Assembly: GCA_010909165.1 (NCBI GenBank) | Contig: MU008172.1 | Coordinates: 62,001-126,000 of the forward strand | Direction of reading: 5' to 3' | DNA from: Anthoceros angustus | Taxonomy: Eukaryota; Plantae; Anthocerotophyta | DNA: 64,000 nucleotides | Part shown: positions 34,511 to 46,979 of the stretch, piece after piece | Position numbering within the stretch: the first letter of the stretch is position 1 | Layout: the number at the start of each line of letters is the position of its first letter | The notes under the pieces: model-generated | Databases searched by the model: none | Seen by the model: only the letters and a program-made list of their open reading frames with translations | Told to the model about the DNA's origin: nothing | Translations under genes and position numbers: made by a program

Positions 34511-37471
34511 ATGCGGAAGCGGGGCTTGGAGGTAATGCTGCTGCCGGCGCTGCCCCTGCTCCTGCTCCTGCTGCTGCTGCAATCGGGGGCCGGAGCGCGG
34601 GGGGAGGACGATGGGGACGCGCTGCTGGAGCTCCGCAGCGGCTTCTCCACGTCCGCGGAGGGGGGCGTGCTGCCGGACTGGGACCGCGGGAGGAATCCCG
34701 ATTTCTGCACCTGGACCGGGGTGAACTGCTCGGGGGGCGTCGTCACGGGGCTCTTCCTCAACGGCACTAATTTGAGCGGGGAGCTCTCGCCCGCGGTGGG
34801 GAAATTGAAGTGGCTCGTCTGGCTGCATCTGGACTACAACAACCTCACGGGCCAGATACCCGGGGAGATTGGGGGATGCCAGAGGCTGCAGGAGCTGGAT
34901 CTGTCCGGGAACATGCTGTCAGGGGACATCCCCTACACCATACCGCAGCTCAGGGACCTGGAGCTGCTGTCGCTCAACGGGAATCGGCTCACCGGGGTCA
35001 TCCCGACCACGCTCTCGCAGCTCCCGAGCTTGAAGGTGCTGGACCTGGCGCAGAACCGCCTCACGGGGGAGATACCCTCGCTGCTCTACTGGAGCAGCGT
35101 GCTGCAGTTCCTCGGCTTGCGGGAGAACAACCTCACGGGGCACCTGTCCCCGGACATCTGCCGCCTCTCCAGCCTCTGGTACTTCGACATCCAGAACAAC
35201 AACATCTCGGGGCCTATTCCGGACACCATCGGGAACTGCACCTCGTTCCAGGTGCTGGTCCTGGGGAACAACCAGCTCACGGGGCCTATTCCCGACAGCA
35301 TTGGCTATTTGCAAGTCAGCACGCTGTCGCTGCAGAATAATCGCCTCACGGGCGTTATTCCGGATGTCATCGGCCTCATGCAGGCGCTCATCGTGCTGGA
35401 TTTGAGCGGGAACCTGCTGGAGGGGAGTATCCCGCCGGCGCTGGGGAATTTGACGTATGCTGACAAGCTCTACTTGAATGGCAATTTCTTGACAGGTTCT
35501 ATTCCGCCGGAGCTGGGGAACATGTCCAAGCTCAGCTACCTCCAGCTCAACAACAACATGCTCACGGGGGAGATCCCGTCCGAGCTCGGCAGTCTGGATG
35601 AGCTCTTCCAGTTGATACTCTCCAACAACCAGCTCACGGGGCCCCTGCCGGAGAATCTCAGCGCCTGCACGGCGCTCAACTACCTCGACGTGCACCACAA
35701 TTTCCTCAACGGCACCGTGCCCCCTCAGCTGGAGAGGCTCGACAATCTCACCTTCCTCAATCTCTCCTCCAACTTCTTCTCGGGCGATATTCCTGACGAG
35801 GTCTGCAACATCATCAACTTGGATACTTGGGACTTCTCCAACAATCTCTTCACCGGCCCTATTCCAACTCGCGTCGGCAACCTGGAGCACCTCATCACTT
35901 TCGTTCTCCGGGGGAACCAGCTCACAGGTGGGATACCCAGGAGCATTGGGAGGCTTGGCCAGAGTTTGACCTTCCTGGATCTCTCCAGTAACATGCTTTC
36001 AGGCGGATTGCCGATCGAGCTCGGGGAGTTGCAGCAGCTGGAGACGCTTATTCTCAACAACAACAATTTCTCTGGGCCCATTCCGCCGCAGATTCTGAAT
36101 GGCTACAGTTTGAAGTACCTCAATCTGTCCTTCAACAATTTCTCGGGCGATGTGCCTGCGGGGATCACTGTTTTCCCTCCCGATGCCTTCTTGGGGAATC
36201 AATTTTTGTGCCACACCTCGTCTGCCACATGCGGCTCTCTACCTCGAGCTTACAATGGCCGTTTGGGAACGTCAGGGATATGGGGGATTGCAGTGGCCGC
36301 TGCCTGTTTGCTGGCATTGTTCATCTTCTGCCTCCTCAGGTGGAGTCAGCCCGAGTTCTTCCTCAAGGGACCGCACAAGTCCTTCCCTGCTCGGTCCTAT
36401 TCTGGGCCTCCGGCTCTTGTAATCTTTCACATGGGCATGGCCGTCCACTCCTACGATGAACTCATGAGGATCACTGAGAACCTGAGTGACAAGTTCTTGA
36501 TAGGCAGGGGAGCTTCCAGTGCAGTCTACAAGTGCGTGCTCAAGAATGGCCAAGCTCTGGCTATCAAGAAGTTATATGCTCACCACCCTGAGAACGTTCT
36601 GGAGTTCAAGACCGAGCTGGAAACTGTTGGCAACGTCAAGCACCGCAACCTTCTCAGCCTGCGAGGTTATATGCTCTCCCCGACAGGCAATCTGCTCTTC
36701 TATGACTACATGGAGAACGGAAGCTTGTGGGATGTTCTCCATGGGGAGTACAAATCAGCCCTGGACTGGAGCACACGGCTGAAGATTGCAGTTGGAGCGG
36801 CTCAGGGCCTGGCCTATTTGCATCACAACTGCAGCCCTCGTATTGTGCACCGCGACGTGAAGTCGTCCAACATTCTGCTGGACTCCAACTACGATGCCCG
36901 GCTAGCGGACTTCGGCATTGCCAAAAGTGTGGCCATGTCCAAGTCTTTCACGTCCACCTATGTCATCGGGACCATAGGCTACATCGATCCGGAGTATGCT
37001 CAGACTTCTAGGCTGAATGAGAAGTCGGATGTCTACAGTTTCGGCATCGTACTTCTGGAGCTGCTTACTGGCAGGAAAGCGGTGGATGATGCCGACAACC
37101 TGCTTCAATTTGTCATGTCCAAGGTCAGGGATAACACGATCTTGGAGTTCCTGGATGAGCAAGTCCGATCCACCTGTATCGACGTGGCTCTGCCCGAAAG
37201 AGCCCTGAAGCTTGCCTTGCTGTGCACCAAGGAGAGCCCTAGTCTGCGGCCCAATATGTATGATGTGGCACAGGTTCTGCTGTCCCTGCTCGAGGTCTCC
37301 CTGCCCAAGCCCGTTGCTCCTGCCCAGCCCCCTTGCAGCCCTGGGCAACGGCGGTATCTGGATGACTACGTCGACAGCAAGCACCGAAAGGACAGTTCAG
37401 AGAGCAACTCCTCAGATGGAGCGCATCTCCTCTTCAAATTTGGAGAAGTCATCTCTCAAAACACGTCTTAA
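34511..37471 (+). CDS. ERECTA: ERECTA-family LRR receptor-like kinase (LRR-XIIIb), 986 aa, single exon
   Basis: Signal peptide, CTWTGVNC cap, about 20 LRRs, TM segment, LVIFHMGMAVHSYDELMRITENLSDKFLIGRGASSAVYKCVLKN, HRDVKSSN, DFG, GTIGYIDPEY, C-terminal FKFGEVISQN. Confidence 0.93.
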   Translation: MRKRGLEVMLLPALPLLLLLLLLQSGAGARGEDDGDALLELRSGFSTSAEGGVLPDWDRGRNPDFCTWTGVNCSGGVVTGLFLNGTNLSGELSPAVGKLKWLVWLHLDYNNLTGQIPGEIGGCQRLQELDLSGNMLSGDIPYTIPQLRDLELLSLNGNRLTGVIPTTLSQLPSLKVLDLAQNRLTGEIPSLLYWSSVLQFLGLRENNLTGHLSPDICRLSSLWYFDIQNNNISGPIPDTIGNCTSFQVLVLGNNQLTGPIPDSIGYLQVSTLSLQNNRLTGVIPDVIGLMQALIVLDLSGNLLEGSIPPALGNLTYADKLYLNGNFLTGSIPPELGNMSKLSYLQLNNNMLTGEIPSELGSLDELFQLILSNNQLTGPLPENLSACTALNYLDVHHNFLNGTVPPQLERLDNLTFLNLSSNFFSGDIPDEVCNIINLDTWDFSNNLFTGPIPTRVGNLEHLITFVLRGNQLTGGIPRSIGRLGQSLTFLDLSSNMLSGGLPIELGELQQLETLILNNNNFSGPIPPQILNGYSLKYLNLSFNNFSGDVPAGITVFPPDAFLGNQFLCHTSSATCGSLPRAYNGRLGTSGIWGIAVAAACLLALFIFCLLRWSQPEFFLKGPHKSFPARSYSGPPALVIFHMGMAVHSYDELMRITENLSDKFLIGRGASSAVYKCVLKNGQALAIKKLYAHHPENVLEFKTELETVGNVKHRNLLSLRGYMLSPTGNLLFYDYMENGSLWDVLHGEYKSALDWSTRLKIAVGAAQGLAYLHHNCSPRIVHRDVKSSNILLDSNYDARLADFGIAKSVAMSKSFTSTYVIGTIGYIDPEYAQTSRLNEKSDVYSFGIVLLELLTGRKAVDDADNLLQFVMSKVRDNTILEFLDEQVRSTCIDVALPERALKLALLCTKESPSLRPNMYDVAQVLLSLLEVSLPKPVAPAQPPCSPGQRRYLDDYVDSKHRKDSSESNSSDGAHLLFKFGEVISQNTS

Positions 37472-39677
37472 GGCGCCAGGTTCTGACCATGTAACTTGTT
37501 CCTTGGTCCAAACAGCAGGCCTGCGGACTTTTTGTCACCACGTTTGTATACTGCTCTGTAAAATCGTTCGAATTCTGCCTGGTTTAGTATTGCAGGCCTC
37601 ATAGTTCATCTAGGTAGGAAGCGAAACAGTAGGATAGCTCTTATCAGTCAGTTGCATAGGCACCAAGAGGGGCACCAGGAGATGATCTCTGTGGTTTGTA
37701 CATCATCTCCCGAAGCTTTGCCAACCCGAGTACTGGCACCCATCTTGGCGTCTTGTTCGAAGCACGAGATGTGTGAGATGGTTGCCCGTCCGTCTTCTAA
37801 GTATGGCTTCACACATCCAAGGCGGTCACAGCAACGGTGTCACATTTGCACGTTTCCTCCATAGAAAATGGAGCTTCCCTACTACTCACGCGGAACAGTC
37901 CCTTCTAAGTCCCACCCCGTCCCGTTTCCGTTTCCATCGTTCGCGCACTTCGTGTGTGTAAACTGTGAGACACATAGACATACTGTTCTCACTACCTCCT
38001 ATTCAAGCCAAGTCGAACACCGACTTTTGAGCGGGCGTATGTCAGGCTCCATGCTCCATCCACGAGAAGCGCCCAGTCCCACACCCTCTCTGGCCGATCA
38101 GAATCTCAGAATTTTGTTCCAGCCTGAAAGATGAGTCCTGGGCGTGGCGTCTCAAGACCTAGCTTTATGAGTCCTGGAGTCCGGATGGCTGATGCTATTC
38201 CTGGAGCTTGATTATTGTAGGCATTCCTGGCGTCTGAATACCTAGTGTAAGTCCTGGCGTCTGGATAGCTATTCCTGGGGTCTGAATCCAGTAGCTATTC
38301 CTGGCGTCTGTTGATATTCCTGCCTCCGGAGTAGCTGGGGATCACTCTTTCCGGTCATGCTTTTCAGTCCTGGCGTCTGAGAAGTTGAGAATCACTCGTT
38401 CCGCGGTATTTCTTCTGTTCCACACGCTCGTCGCTCGGATGGACGAGGATCGGATTGGATTTCGGGGATAGAATATTGAGGGCGGCGAGTTGTGTTCCAC
38501 TCCATCACACTTCCATTCGCAACAGCTTCGAGGTAATACGGGCGCCGGTGTTCCCCAACATCACACGTTCTATTGAGATGGTAAAAACGTAAGGTCGCCA
38601 GTACAACGGAGGCACTTGTCGCAGGCTTCCTCAGTCCCACAAGCTTGAGATAGAGGAAGTGCGTTAGGTCTTTAACGTCTGCAAACCTAGCAAAAGCCCA
38701 AGCTTGGCCCTAGCCTGTCTACTCCCTTCGTCTAGAAAACTTCCGCTTGAACGACTTGGCTGGCCACCGACGGTAAGAGCTCCAATGGAACTCCAAAAAG
38801 CCAGAGAGTAGAAATGGCTGTTCACCAAAGGCTGGAAACAAGGCGACAAGGACCTTGCAAAAAAAGCCTGGTGAACACACAAACAGCCACAAAAAGAAGC
38901 ACAATGCTAATTTTCCCTTGCTGCATGTACTGGCATGGGCCAAACTTAGACTCACAGCTAAAAACTCAGCGGAGCAACCCCCATCAGCTACTGCAAAAGA
39001 GGAAACCAGAAACCTGGCAAACACTCTTGAAAAAGAGGGAACACCGACCCGCTGGATAACAGCCTGACGCTCAAGACCGACAAGAAACCGTTGTATACTG
39101 GGTGACAACACTAGGTGCACAGGAGAAAAAACCTAGAAACACACCAGCCCCCATACTCTGCAGTCTCCAAACCTCCACGGTAGCGAAGGTGAAAAACTAA
39201 GAATGCTCGAGATGCGTACACTACACTAAACAGCGCTGACTCCATCACACAAGACAGACTAGTCGACTGTACATAGTGCTGAGATAAGACATGAAACAGC
39301 GGAATCAGACTGCATTATTTCAGCACAGTGGAGGGAAACACCTGGCAAACCTGGACGACTCAAACCCTATCAGTGGAGTACCTCCATCCGCAAACAAGAC
39401 ATCCTTGGTGTGACATGAATGACCTGCTCCACAGCAAATCACACCCCGGTACTCACACAGAAAGACCCTTTCCCATACCCCAAGAAGAACGACATGAACC
39501 TTTCATGCACCAAGATTCATCGCTTGACAAATCAGGTGCATTTGCAGAGTGCACCTGATTCAAAACATGTCCCCAGATCCCTCGCAGTGGCAGGCCCCTC
39601 TTCTTCGAAAAGGCATCATGCCAAACCTCTTACACAGGGTCCACGGGTATGCTCGACTGCCACTTCCAGTCTTCACA

Positions 39678-41253
39678 TCAGACCGCAGTCTTCAATATAG
39701 ATTGTAGAGATGTCACAATGTCATCTGCTGACATTTCACAGCCATCCTCCATCTGCAGAGCACCAAAAGTCATCCCCCAAGATTCCATTCTCTAGAGTCT
39801 CTCGAGTCACCAACAGTGCAAACACATGACAGGAGCTTACACCTAGGGTGCAGTGGCAACAGTGATGCCAAACACCAGCAGTTTACCTGGGCACTGAACG
39901 TCAGCTCATGCGATGTCTCCGTGAAAGACAGTATGTTGGCATTCATCACCACCAACTGCAAATTTTCGAGCTCCGCCATGGCCTTGGGCAGAAGGCCCTT
40001 CTTCTTCTCACAGTGGATGCGGATCAGCACGTTCTTGTCGATCATGCGAGCCTCGATCTCAGGAGGCTGCTCGGTTTCATCTGAAATCTCTTCAGATTCA
40101 CCTGCCACATCCTCTGCGGTAGAGCTCTTGGCTTCCTTACAAGAAGCTGCAATGAGCCTGACTGACGAGACAGAGCGCACTCGCTTCGGGGCCTGTTCCT
40201 CCATAGTCTTGAGCCGCTCCTGTAACTGCTTGACATACTTGATCGCATCTCCCAGAACGGAGGCCTTGTCCATCTGGTTCATCAACGGTCACAGAGGCGA
40301 TATGACAATCCACAAGAATAGTGAGCAGCCGAAGGCCAAAACGAGAGGTCCCACAAACTTTGACAAGGCTCAAAAATATACCTTCTTCAGGCCTGGAACT
40401 ATGGCCGACAAAGCAATGAAGCGCTGGCTGAGCTTTTCCCGTCGTTTACGCTCCGCCATGATGTGATCCTGTGTGTGTCCAGACCCCTTAGTCGGTGCCG
40501 CCGGCGCTTTCACCTCAGAGTTCACCCTGAGGACGTTCATGTCCGGATTGTAGACTTCCGGCTTGTGCCTTCCCCTAATGGATTCGGTGGGCGACAAGGG
40601 AATTTCCCCACGAGGCCCACCCGAACTGAGAGTTTCATGAGAAACCCCTTCCGTGACGCTGTCCAGAACGGTTGATCCCGGCGAGCCGCCGAGCTCCGGC
40701 TGGGTGGATGGAGTCCTGGGAACTAAAGTCTCCTGGATCTCATCTCGCAGCTTCGCACCGTAGGCCTGCATCTGCAACTGCTGGGACAAAAACTGGTGCT
40801 GATGCATCTGCTGCTGCAACTGCTGCAGCTGGTGCGGTTGTTGGTAAAATTGCTGCTGTCTGGGCCGCTGGACGGGCACTGGCTGCGGCAAACTGTTCGT
40901 CCCCCCATGACAGCTCAAGTCCTCCCAGGGGCTGGACTTGAGCATCTTCGCTGGTCGCTCCAAGTTGGAGTAGCCGTCCATGGACGGGAACGTCGGCTGG
41001 TTAAACATCTGGTGGGTAGCAAAAGGCTTCACATCCCGCGTCTTGAGCGCTCCCGCAAGGTCGAAGCTGTTGCAGGCGGTCGCCATAGGCGCAACCTGGT
41101 CCGCCGGCTTGTACAGGCTGTCTAAGTGGCGGACGAGTGCCGGATCGTCCATGCCCTGCCAGCAAACATCACGTGGTTAGATCAACAAAGCGTCATCCAA
41201 CACCGCCATCCCTCTACCACTCCAACACTCACGAGTTCTGAGAGCCAATGCAT
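39678..41253 (-). CDS. bHLH transcription factor, clade IVa (bHLH18/19/20/25-like), with ACT-like domain; exons 41253-41233, 41155-40382, 40273-39887, 39752-39678
   Basis: MHWLSEL|GMDDP start; DHIMAERKRREKLSQRFIALSAIVPGLKK|MDKASVLGDAIKYVKQLQERLK; PEIEARMIDKNVLIRIHCEK; AQ|MEDGCEMSADDIV. Confidence 0.9.
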
Positions 41254-44200
41254 CGCTGCATTGGAGGAGGGAGCCACTTCCATTCTTCAACACCGGAGTG
41301 CAATTCAGCCTGCGCGAAACCCACCTCCACAAGTGAGCTCCACCCGCAGCTAACGAACAAGAAGCGTCCGTCGGTGCTTACCACCCCCTCACCTGATGGA
41401 CGGCAAGAAACAGCTTGGCCAGTCCTAAAGCTCGTCAGCGGCAGCAGCCCATCCTCAACCGGTGCCGCCTCCTCCGGAGATGCACTCGCCCACTAAACTC
41501 GGCAGAACAGCACGGCACCGCACCCACTACACCCGACACCCCAAAGCCATGCCAAACCGCAGAACTAGGCCCCAAACCGTCCTCCCCCCTCCACGCACTC
41601 TCAATCTGGTCCGCAGCTTCCTCCCTTCCCCCCGGACCACCCTCCTCCAAATCCCAACGCTCCGGACGCTCCGGACGCTCCGGACGCTCCGGACGCTCCG
41701 GGACTCGGAAACAGAGCACACCGCGGGGCCGCAAGCCGCAACACGGCACGACTCGGCAGCGACAGAGAAGAGGAGCAGAAACAGGGCCAGGAGGAAGAGG
41801 AAGCCGGACCAAAACATGAAGAGCGAGGCGGCTGCAGCAAGCGAGCCCCGCCGCTTGCAGAAGAGGAGAAGACGGAAGCAAGACGAAGCACGCTCTCACA
41901 GAAGGGAATACGCTGTGCGAGGTGCGACGATGGACAGCAGAAGCAGCCGGCACAGAAGAGAATACGCTGTGACGGAGCGAGCGAGCCCAGCGCTGAGCGG
42001 AGCAGGAGAAGAAGACTCCGAGAGCCAGGAAAGGGAAAGGGAAGAGGAAAGAGTGGCGGAAACAGCGCACATGGGCGGAGAGGAGATCGAGGATCGAGGA
42101 CCGAGGGGAGCGGCGATCGGTGGCGAAAGGGGGCGCGGCGCAACCTCGCCCTCGATTTCGCATTACCGCATTAGCCGGGCAATATGCTCCGTAATATGAG
42201 CATGTATGTACCCGCATCTGGCATGAGGGGCTTGGTAAGTGGCACGCAGTCACGTGCCAGTCCTGTAAAGGGATTTGGGCGAATCGGCGCTGGTGGGCAC
42301 CGCTGACGCCAGGTGACGACGGCGAGCGGTATTAGCACTAACGTTTATGTGTTAACTTTTGGTACAAGCGTTAGGGTATATGCTAACTTTCGGTGATGAG
42401 TGTCGAGTAAACAGGCAGTCGGGCGAAGGCCCAGGGCGAAATTCCGCCAACCACAGGACACAAGAAGGAGACGCGTCCATGCCCGCCCCCGCCAGGCCTG
42501 TCAAGCCAGAGCATGTCACTCCAGCTCCCGCGGGCGCGCCCCCAGCCCCCACGGTGTGAACGCGGCCACCGCCGCGGGCGTGTAATGGCGACCTGCTCCC
42601 ACCGGTCACCAGGTAGCACGTGAAGCGCAGAACCTGGACGAGTCCCAGCCTCCCAGCCCCAAGACCCGAGTCGTCAGCCGCCGTCGTCCACAATTTGAAA
42701 ACACCTCACATGACATTGTATGTGTCATAGGATGTGATGTGTTACGATGCGAAACCCCAACCCCAACTGCCTGTCCGACGGATCCCATCATTCATGTCCC
42801 TCACCTGCAGTAGAGAAGCACAAATCTATGACTGCACCTGCGAAATTCGCGATTGCCTTCTTGTCGTTGCTGGAATGACGGGGTCCGATTGCCGGAGCGG
42901 GCACCGGAGTGACTGGGATGGACAGCTCATGGCCGCGTTCGGTTTATGTATTGGTGGCCCGGGGGCGAGCAAAATAGTACTAGCATTGGCTGTGGGCCTG
43001 GGGCTAGGCCTGGGCTTGTGGCCGTGCCGTGGAGGTGGAGTCTGCACATTGGCTTTGGCGAACATGGGGAAGGGAGAGGAAGCGTGTCTGCTGCTGTTTT
43101 GTGTTTTTCCGGGATTTGACGCCCCGGACACTGGACAGTTGGGGGGGCGGGGGAGAGGGGGGGGACCCAGGGCTCGGAGGCAGGGGATTGGCATCCGTTA
43201 CGACTGGGTGTCCATGTGCGGACGGCTCGTTCCCCAAGGTTTTAGCCTTTTGGATTTTGGCTTTTCGGACTAGAGTACGTAGCCTATGTGGTTTGTTACT
43301 GCAGCTCTCCCTGGGGAGTTCCTTTTCGTGCGGCCTTGGTGGGAGTCTACGGCACATTGGAGGGGCAGAGAGGACGGTACAAAATAATCGGTGTGACGAA
43401 TTGTCATTTGTTGAGGGGGAAAGCAAGGCAGCTATTGTTTGTGACAGAGAGGAACTGCATCGAATTCGAATCCGAGGGTTAAATCGAATCCGATGAATCG
43501 TATCCGATGGCAGGGAGCTTTGAACTTTTCGGTGGCCAGGGCCGGGGCCAGGACCAGGACCAGGGCCAGGCCGTGGACTGATCTCCAGAATCCGGGGTCG
43601 CTTGCTTTATCTCCTCGGGTGTGGTTGGTAGAAAGGAGCATGGGGATGGGGATGGGGGTGGGAAGTGGGAGTACGAGGTGTTGGGCAGCAGCCACCAACT
43701 CCCCTGCACCGGTACAAGGAGGTGGGTGATGGGCCATGGCCGGGGAGCTGGGAGCTGGGCCCTGGGGCAGTGATTGGAGCCCAGAGGAAAAGGAAAAAGA
43801 TCATCTCCTCACGTTGCTGCATCTCGGGCCCGGCAGGCAGCCTGGCTTACTAGCTCCGGGGGTACCAGACTACAAGTCATGGATTTTGGGTGAGGGAAGG
43901 CGAGAGAGGGGAAGGTTCCAACTTCCAGGAAGCTTCAAGCAGCGGGCTCCTCGGGGAAGGCGGGGAACAGCTGCCGCTGCAGCTGCACAAGTCGGAGGAG
44001 ATGCAGCAGTGATGATGATATCATGAGCACGGTGGTGGGAGTGATTGGCACTGGCAAGCCGCAGGCCTGGGCTAGCTCCCTCGCTTCACCAAACCGGGCA
44101 GACAGTCCGGTAGGCAGACGCGCAGCCACTGGCAGAGGCACAGCAACAGGGAAGGGAAGGGACCGGGTCACTCTGGTGTGTAGGCTGGATCTTACAGATG

Positions 44201-46979
44201 AGGCAGAGCTCCGCTGGCCATGTGACGTGTGGCAGGCAGTCTGGTAAGAGCTGGAAGGATCGGATGCCGAGAAACGGGGCTTATCACACAGGGCCTGGAG
44301 CCCTGGACCTGTGAGCCTCATGCTCTGCCTCTGGGTAAGAGCTGGCTGGCCTCTGGGGCCGCCCACCTCCCACTCCCCACTGCTTGTCACGTACCTGCAG
44401 GGAATCTGCAAACCACACCCCCTCGCTGCCTTGGTTCAAGAGCTCGGCCACAACGGCCACCCGCTCCCAACAGTTCCACACTTCCACTGTACATATGTAT
44501 GTGTGTACGTCCCGGGACGTCTGCTCAAAAGGCTGACTGCCGTCTGCTGCATAAGGCTGACCCGGGCCCCCCGCCCGCAGACGCTCCAAGCACGTACTAC
44601 ATATGCTAGCTCGTGTCAGCTACCAACATGATAGGATGTGTTTTGAACCCGCCCGAGGACGGGCCAGCTGGGCCACTCTGCGACACTCACAGACCTACAG
44701 TCACACACACTGTGTAGTCTACATAAACGCACATTCTCTTGCTGCTCTCCTCCACCCAAATCTGAGCTCGTGAAACAAAATGTCTACATACTGTACTGCA
44801 CTGCACCCGTCGCACTCTGGGTTGCTGCATTCGGAATCATGTGCATCTGCGAACACACCTGACGACAACGTGAACCTGTGACACTCCACGGGGAATAGTC
44901 TGTCTGTGAGGTGATCTGTCCCTATCTCCATTGCTGCTGCACACTGCACATCCACTTTCCCAAGCTCCTCTCCACCTTGCTTGTCTGCCATTCTCACTAC
45001 TCCCGCTAGGAATTCTTACCTCCACGCATGTGTTCCACTCATGAAATCACATTCCGAACACTACTTCAATGGACTGCTGCCCTAGATGTATACGTTAAGC
45101 ATGCTTATGGTACTCGCTTTCAAGCTACCATGACCCACAAGGAACTCCTCAACACCTTGATTGTCATGAGTGGATCGGCTTTCATGTACTTGCTCGGGGA
45201 ATACCGATGTGCCCCAATATGTAGCTCGATTCAAGAGCAGCGCTAGCTTCACCCGAGTGAGGACGACAATGTTGGTTGGCCATGCCTAGCTTTCTACATT
45301 GTTGGTTGGTCATGCCTAGCTTTCCCCATCTTGGCATCCCTCTCCAATGTTGCCCTATGCTGGAAAGCATTTCGAAGTATGATAACCAACACATGTGTCG
45401 GATGTTCGAGTTGGGCACGATTCATTCATGCTCCCTATCGTATGCTAGACTACATGATTCTAGAAAGGCTCCAGCGTTTGGAACTGGCATAACCTACACA
45501 TGTGCCGGATGGTCGAGTTGGGCAAGATTCATTCATGCTCCCCATCGTATGTTACACTGTAGTAGATGCTCTCGAACTCCGCAGCAGGCCAATGTCCCCT
45601 CTCCATATTCGAGGCTTTGATGTACAAGTGGCCATGATTCACTCCCTCCAACACAAGCCATGATGGACATATCATGGTGTTGTTGCATCGCGATCCAGCC
45701 ACAACTTGATAGGTAATAGTGTTTACCTCATTTATTATGGTGTGGTGACGACCTCGTATGTGTTGGCGGTCTTCTGGCTTACACATTTCTTGGAATCTGG
45801 TGAAGAAGTCAATTGGCTCGTCGCCCCTAGCAGCTTGCACTTTCTTATTATGAAGAGATTCACTCTTGCAGCGACCTTTCCCCTTTCATTCGACCACTAC
45901 ATTCAACGAACCGAGTAACAATCGACGACATTCTTCCCCGTAGCCCATTTGATGACTTCGAGGAGGATATCTCCTTCACAGGCCAGCCTACACCGGGAAT
46001 CCTGTCTAGCGTCTACACCTCCTTCAAGATGCCTTCTAGAAGGACACATATGCCATGAAGGTAACTCTGTTTGTCAATTATTGTGCACTCTATACGTATG
46101 CAGCAGGCTGTCGAACGAATGATCCTGGAGTCCTCATCTTTTTTATTTTGATATCGTACATTGAGCAAGCAGGAATTCTGGTGAAGTAGACTAACATATT
46201 CTGGATCAGAATGCTGCCAGCAAAAGGTTAAATTGTCCCTTAAATGATGTCATATAGTGCTCATCCGGAAGTCAGAGGGAAAGTGACAAATCTTTTCTTT
46301 CCTTCATGATTCCTGAAACAACACTGTGTACAAAACTGTCGAAAATCGGCAGCCTGCGTCAGGCAACCCTTCAAGTTCTTTTGTTATTATTGATACGAAC
46401 CACATCTACCAGAAGTTTTCAAGTGACCACCGTTTTACCAGATCATTCAACTCGATGAGGGATGTCATGACAGAAAGCCTTCACTAGCCTTTTGGAGAGC
46501 GGCAGCCACTGTCCATCTATCCATATCATACCACGCCATGGCCTACTTGCTAGTTGTGCCTCCATCCTTGGGTTCCAACATTTGTTTGCACGTCGAGGTT
46601 CCTTTTACGACTGAGCGGTAAAGTAGGGGTCTGCTCTTGGAGGTCAGCTGCTTCACCACAAATAGATAAGTAGCAGAGACCTACCTACGATGTTACTGCT
46701 GACGTGCTACCATGGACTCATGCCATGCTCTTGAAAATACTGTCCTTCACTTCATACGGGCTCTGGACACAGGCTAGCCCTCGCACAGATCACAAGACCC
46801 TGAGTGTTTCGTGCTGGTATGCAGGTGCAGGGAAGACACGACCTGGCTGTGAGGCTTGACCTCCAGCAGAATGTTCAGAACACTATTGATACTACAAAAT
46901 CAATTATCCAGGCCTGATGTAGGCACAAGGGGCAAATCCTCAGCATAGCAAATGCAAAGACAAATCACAGCATAAAACA

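Noticed and set aside
41435-44631. Many 100-270-aa ORFs upstream of the bHLH (also at 32933-34828 and antisense to LEA, GLP and ERECTA)
   Set aside because: GC-rich, SSR-driven or shadow frames with no recognisable domains.
45529-45920. Ty3/Gypsy gag remnant
   Set aside because: Only a vague motif resemblance, with no LTRs or pol domains to support it.
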